Positions 59,801 through 64,000 of a stretch of DNA of 64,000 nt are shown in pieces. Position numbers and translations under genes: made by a program. The notes under the pieces were generated by a model. The model did not search any database, was not told the origin of the DNA, and was given only the letters and a program-made list of their open reading frames with translations. The stretch's first letter is position 1, and every line of letters begins with the position of its first letter. The stretch comes from a virus, in IMG/VR virus record IMGVR_UViG_3300032284_001133, positions 1 through 64,000 of that record, one strand, 5' to 3'.

Positions 59801-62800
59801 TCCTAACGAATCATATCAAACAATTCAAGCAGTTAAGTATCTAAAAACTTTAGCAGAACAAGTTGTTACAAATACAACAGGTACACGTTATCAATCAACC
59901 GTAACTCAAGTATTAACAGCATACACAGCAACTTCTGTCGAACAATCAATTATTGGTACAGATTTTGATGTCATTACTAATATTATGAGTAATGGTATTG
60001 CAGGAGTAACTGATAATATTGTTCCTAACAGTTTAACTTCTAGCACAAATACTGCAACCGTTGCGGCATTTAGAAATTTACAAGCAAATAAATTATTTTT
60101 GCAAAATGAAGTTATTGCTTATGTAAATGCAAATAAAAACTTTACATACAATTCTACTTCATGTGGACGCGATACTGGATTGTTAGTCGATGCTGTAGCA
60201 TTTGATTTATTATACCCAACTCCTACAGATAGCCAATCAACTTTTGCGGCTATTCAATATTATAACCAAAGTGGTTATATTACTAACATTGCAGGAGAAA
60301 TTACAACTACTACAAATGCAGTTAACTATCTAAAATCGTTAGCACAAAAAGTTATTGTAAACGATAAGACTGGTACACGTTATCAAACTGCTATTGCACA
60401 AACAACCGGTACAGCGGCAACAAGTGCTGAACAAACTGCAATCGCAAACGATTTTACAGTTATTACAAATATCTTAACTGGCGGAGTTGCAAATATTACT
60501 GACACTATTGTTCCTAACGGAGCCGCAAGCACCAGCACCAGTATTTTAAACGCTTACAACTTGTTAGAAGCCAACAAGGCATACTTACAAGCAGAAACAA
60601 TTGCCTATATTGATGCAACACGTACAGGAACATTTGTTTATAATGAAAAGAAATGCAAGCGCGATACAGGTATTATTATCGACGATATTTCTCGTGATTT
60701 ATATTTTGGTGGCACTAGTCAAAGTACGTTTGCTGGTTTACAATATTGGAATCAAAACGGTTATACCGGCGCTATTGCTAGTGAAATCACAACAACTACA
60801 AATTCTATTAACTATCTAAGTCAGTTGGCTCAGCAAATTGTTACAAATGATACAAGCGGTACACGTTACAGCGGCGGCACACAGATTACAAATCCAATTG
60901 CCGCAGGTTCGAGTGCAGAAGCCGCAATCCTTGCCGCAGATTTTTCTGTAATTACAGATATTCTAACAAACGGCACAGCAGGAGTAACTGATAAAATTGT
61001 TGCAAACGGAATTGTTGCAAGTTCTACACAAACTGTAATTAATTCTTACAACTTATTGGCGGCTAACCGTGCATACCTACAGGCAGAAGTTGTTGCTTGG
61101 GTAGAAGCACAGTATCCTACATTCGCATTTGACTCTTCTAAGTGCTTCCGTGATGTAGGCTACATGGTAGATAGTGTTAGCTTTGACTTATTGTATGGCG
61201 GTAATCGTCAAGCAATTCAGTCAGGTGTTTATTACTATAGTTTTAATGCTAGCTCATCTGCAATACCAGGTGAACAAACACAGACTATTGCGGCTTACAA
61301 CTTTATGTCAAATTTGATTGGACAAATTGTTACCAACACAACTGCAACAACTTACCAATCTAAAGTTTCTCAAGTAAGAAGCCTACCAGCGGCAACCAGT
61401 TCTGAAGCAACTACACTTCAAGCAAAACTTACAAACATTGTAAACATTATTACAAATGGTCCAAGTGTAGCACCTACTAAGACAGCTATTACAAAAACAC
61501 CAAGTGGTAATGCTAATGTTGCTAAAGCAGTTGCGATTATAGAAGCAAACAAAGCATTTATCCAGGCAGAAGTTACAGCATGGATTAATCAAACATACAA
61601 TATTTTCTCATACGATGAAGATAAATGCTCACGTGATGTTGGTTATATGATCGACTCAGTTGCATTTGACTTGGTACATGGCGGCAATCGTCAGGCAATT
61701 CAGTCAGGTGTAGCATACTATAATTACACTGGAGTAAATTCAGTGGGAACAGAGCTTCCACAAATTAATGCGGCCTATGCTAGATTAAAATCTGTGATTA
61801 ATACTATCGTCACAGGCGGCACAGTTGTTAGAAGTACCAGCAATACTTCTACTCAAGTAACCGGTCTACCATCAGCAACTATTACTGAAGCAAATGCATT
61901 AGGTGCCAAAGTTGATTATATCTTAAGTGTAATTAACGGAGGAACTGGCGTTGCAAATACTCTTACACCTATCAGTTTAACTGCAAGTTCTGATGTAAAT
62001 GTACAACGTGCATTTACAATTCTTGAAGCAAACAGAACATTTATTACAAAAGAAATTGTTGCTTATGTAAACGATAACTTTGCTAACTTTACATACTTGC
62101 CGTCAACCTGTGCTCGCGATGTTGGATACATCGTTGATTCTGTAAGTTTTGACTTGGTATATGGCGGTAACAGACAAGCTACGCAAAGCGGTGTTTATTA
62201 TTTTGGACATAACGGTAGTTCTACTGTTATTCCTGGCGAACAAACACAAACTGTTGCGGCTTATAACTTTATCAAATCATTAATTTCTAATATTGTAGTT
62301 GGTACACAGATTGCTGAGCCACAACAAGATAGAATATTACAAATTGTTTCAACAAGCACAGGCACATCTAGTGAAATTACTCTTGCAGATTCGTTGGTTG
62401 ATAATATTACTAATATTATTACTAATGGTCCAAGCGTTGCTCCTAGCCCAACATCTATTACACTAGCACCTAGTACAGATACCAACGTAGTTAATGCAAC
62501 CAAGTTACTAGAAGCAAATAGAGATTTTATAACAGCCGAAGTTATTGCCTATATTGGAAATACATTCCATACGCAATTTAATTACAACGAAGCAATATGC
62601 GCTCGTGATACAGGATTGATTATAGATGCTCTTGCACAAGATTTAGTATTTGGTGGAACAAGTCAAAGTACGTTTGCTGGAATTCAATATTATACACAAG
62701 GTTCTACGTTTATTCCTGGAGAAATAACAACTACAACAAATGCTATTAACTACGCAAAACAAATAGCACAAAAAATAGTGTTAAATGACACAACGGGCTA

Positions 62801-64000
62801 TAGATATCAAAGTACTGTAACTCAAATTACAACTATAACACAGGCTACAATTAATGAAGTTAATGCAATATCGAATGATTTTGGAATTATTACAACAATT
62901 CTAAACAACGGTATTGCTGGTGTTACAGACACTATTGTTCCTAATAGTTTAACAGCAAGTACAGATGCAAATATTGTCAATGCCTATAACAATTTGCAAG
63001 CAAATAAATCTTATATTCAAAATGAAGTTGTTGCTTATGTAAATGCAACATCTAATTTTCAATACAATAATGCAACCTGTTTTAGAGATGTTGGATTAAT
63101 TGTAGATAGTTTAGCATTTGATTTGTTATATCCTACAACTAATAACAGTCAGTCGACATTTGCGGCTATTCAATACTGGAATCAAAATGGTTACACAGGT
63201 TCAATTGGCAGTGAAATTACAACAACTACCAATTCAATTGTATATCTAAGTCAATTAGCACAAAAAATTGTAGTAGGCGATAAGAGCGGTACACGTTATC
63301 AAAGCATTATATCGCAAACTACAGGAACTAACATTGGCTTGCCACAAGACGCGGCCGCTGTTGGTAACGATTTTGGTATTGTTTTAGATATTTTAAGCAC
63401 AGGTCCTGCAAGTGTAACTGAAGCAATTATATCAAACGGTAGAGCAAGTAATACAACTTCTACAAATAATGCCTACAATTTATTATTAAATAATCTTGCT
63501 TATATGCAAGCAGAAGTTTTAGCCTATATTACAACAACAGCACCTACTTTTGCATATAATACAAGCACATGTATGCGTGATGTAGGGTACATTGTTGATA
63601 GTGTTGCATTTGATTTACTACATGGTGGCAATCGCCAGGCAATTCAAGCTGGTACTTATTACTATGGTTATAGTTCAACAAGTACAGCGGTACCTAATGA
63701 ACTACCTCAAGTAACAGCCGCATACAACTATATGAAGAGCGTAATTGCTTCTATAGTAACAGGTCAAACTATAACTCCTAGTGTAGGTAATACAGTTCCT
63801 CAAGTAACATACATGTTACCTGCAGGTACTACTGAAGTTAGCACACTAAACAGTCTAATTGACAAAATTGTTAATGTTATCAATAATGGTCCTGATACTG
63901 TTACTGCTAAGACACCAATATCATTAGTAGGTAGTACAAGTCAAACCGCAGACAATGCATTTAATTTATTAATAGCAAATAGAGAATTTATACAATCAGA
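56805..64000 (+). CDS. Giant repeat-containing virion/fibre protein (>2398 aa, truncated), paralogue of 51269-56386
   Basis: Not in the ORF track (no stop in window). MPKLLSNRKPVF... start; the same frame reads FNLLIANREFIQSE at the window end; shares YVTMDG.D..DGR domain and many CxRDxG repeats. Confidence 0.85.
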   Translation, partial: MPKLLSNRKPVFPPNKLTDDRFKYLGLSQAQPALGEAPTQNEGYTIQTDGTGKATFSDTLGQLKFVSQNISTTLPGDMTFTNTNGNIVISPYVKAQINGNFEVEGDILVKGKNPLGTAPVVSNVLYVTMDGDDKNDGRAMDATRACRTISGAVRSPYYQEGTVIKVSSGHYYEENPIPLKGYTCVIGDDLRTVFIEPLNRDQDLFHVNSGVYVAQMQMRNLRRGSVERYAPGGAGTYTTGAYCVAFPPSLTDPIDLYYSPYIQNCTNQTGPWLMDGTMFVPNQTVQIPLAAGTATWSANTNTITVAVNLGTISVGMAVNDAANEGYRNAQLLLQENKVFLQTEVNAFINTEYSSLVYDTSLSFRDVGTLVDAVSGDARFGGNGRSIIAGLSYWNGNTSVLTTNESLACVAAINYLATLAQSIITNTTIASPYQNSVSQTIDNSLSGGSVVSTRITNLFSIITSIITGGPGSEPARVDDLYGLIYPTGLSPNQVNNASTVTNVVDNGGGSFTITLSSPTVSESDDATLYFGYTTVYPYLDADIPDYWSTSTNADRRLDPHGAGGGALVDGNAPSLKSPIQSFVFDAFTQVTQGGHGIHIINNGYAQLVSVFTLFCDQAVTTENGGIASITNSNANFGDLCLVSKGLGKLDFSGIVWNPPYPTNRPNGQFYPLGYWPQRQQMEVFIPNSVNRPHIGLVMEVVPPDTYLDYSSNRVPYVNSEGYPGYLVAASNTGTITTGSYTISGIDTTDIAVGHTLYIRDIYGLEGPYGSTTTYVTTGTQVVDVGFQTVTLDQPILTGGGDVTNPNYLNLYFCGNAYYTVLSSQIDETLSHTGSVATSVIPGEVTTTANAIAYARDLAVQIIANQTATLYQTDVAQIIDPTFNTGGPQGPTIIDRFNDIIGVITGGNPQLEYNINGQFKKTDQSVLDAAKLLEKNRNFIQAQTAAYADTLWPSRYSYNAEICARDTGLIVDAIAQDMLFSGTSQSTFAAIQYWNQGDSNIPNESYQTIQAVKYLKTLAEQVVTNTTGTRYQSTVTQVLTAYTATSVEQSIIGTDFDVITNIMSNGIAGVTDNIVPNSLTSSTNTATVAAFRNLQANKLFLQNEVIAYVNANKNFTYNSTSCGRDTGLLVDAVAFDLLYPTPTDSQSTFAAIQYYNQSGYITNIAGEITTTTNAVNYLKSLAQKVIVNDKTGTRYQTAIAQTTGTAATSAEQTAIANDFTVITNILTGGVANITDTIVPNGAASTSTSILNAYNLLEANKAYLQAETIAYIDATRTGTFVYNEKKCKRDTGIIIDDISRDLYFGGTSQSTFAGLQYWNQNGYTGAIASEITTTTNSINYLSQLAQQIVTNDTSGTRYSGGTQITNPIAAGSSAEAAILAADFSVITDILTNGTAGVTDKIVANGIVASSTQTVINSYNLLAANRAYLQAEVVAWVEAQYPTFAFDSSKCFRDVGYMVDSVSFDLLYGGNRQAIQSGVYYYSFNASSSAIPGEQTQTIAAYNFMSNLIGQIVTNTTATTYQSKVSQVRSLPAATSSEATTLQAKLTNIVNIITNGPSVAPTKTAITKTPSGNANVAKAVAIIEANKAFIQAEVTAWINQTYNIFSYDEDKCSRDVGYMIDSVAFDLVHGGNRQAIQSGVAYYNYTGVNSVGTELPQINAAYARLKSVINTIVTGGTVVRSTSNTSTQVTGLPSATITEANALGAKVDYILSVINGGTGVANTLTPISLTASSDVNVQRAFTILEANRTFITKEIVAYVNDNFANFTYLPSTCARDVGYIVDSVSFDLVYGGNRQATQSGVYYFGHNGSSTVIPGEQTQTVAAYNFIKSLISNIVVGTQIAEPQQDRILQIVSTSTGTSSEITLADSLVDNITNIITNGPSVAPSPTSITLAPSTDTNVVNATKLLEANRDFITAEVIAYIGNTFHTQFNYNEAICARDTGLIIDALAQDLVFGGTSQSTFAGIQYYTQGSTFIPGEITTTTNAINYAKQIAQKIVLNDTTGYRYQSTVTQITTITQATINEVNAISNDFGIITTILNNGIAGVTDTIVPNSLTASTDANIVNAYNNLQANKSYIQNEVVAYVNATSNFQYNNATCFRDVGLIVDSLAFDLLYPTTNNSQSTFAAIQYWNQNGYTGSIGSEITTTTNSIVYLSQLAQKIVVGDKSGTRYQSIISQTTGTNIGLPQDAAAVGNDFGIVLDILSTGPASVTEAIISNGRASNTTSTNNAYNLLLNNLAYMQAEVLAYITTTAPTFAYNTSTCMRDVGYIVDSVAFDLLHGGNRQAIQAGTYYYGYSSTSTAVPNELPQVTAAYNYMKSVIASIVTGQTITPSVGNTVPQVTYMLPAGTTEVSTLNSLIDKIVNVINNGPDTVTAKTPISLVGSTSQTADNAFNLLIANREFIQS

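Noticed and set aside
416-62503. Numerous short antisense or nested ORFs in the track (e.g. 416-808, 23624-24091, 28301-28786, 60601-60819)
   Set aside because: They lie within long, motif-supported genes and look like shadow ORFs.
51269-64000. Diversity-generating retroelement (TR/VR pair) explanation for the duplicated patches
   Set aside because: No reverse transcriptase in the window, differences are not adenine-specific, and both copies are internal to paralogous coding regions.
1-64000. Stop-codon reassignment
   Set aside because: Very long ORFs are open under the standard code and TAA, TAG and TGA all end genes at sensible positions.

Overview
AT-rich (about one-third G+C) segment of a large T4-superfamily-like contractile-tailed dsDNA phage with no cellular genes. 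Left arm (1-30.7 kb, minus strand): late baseplate/tail module with three paralogous fibre-type genes (one with a tail-collar domain), a 4443-aa wedge protein, gp6-, gp25-, gp5- (with C-terminal GH19 domain), gp27-, gp53- and gp48/54-like genes. Middle (30.8-36.1 kb, plus strand): sigma70-promoter block encoding a gp55-like late sigma factor, gp47/gp46 nuclease, an Hc1-like protein and a small GIY-YIG nuclease, ending in a ~430-nt GC-enriched, helix-dense non-coding region that looks like a large structured RNA. Right arm: chaperone gene pair joined by an apparent -1 frameshift site, tape measure, portal, prohead core, protease, scaffold, major capsid and two giant paralogous repeat proteins. 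Late genes are preceded by TAAATA; three have TAAATA-N5-ATG (apparently leaderless) and two have structured leaders. All calls come from motif recognition and manual pairing; no database searches or folding programs were run.
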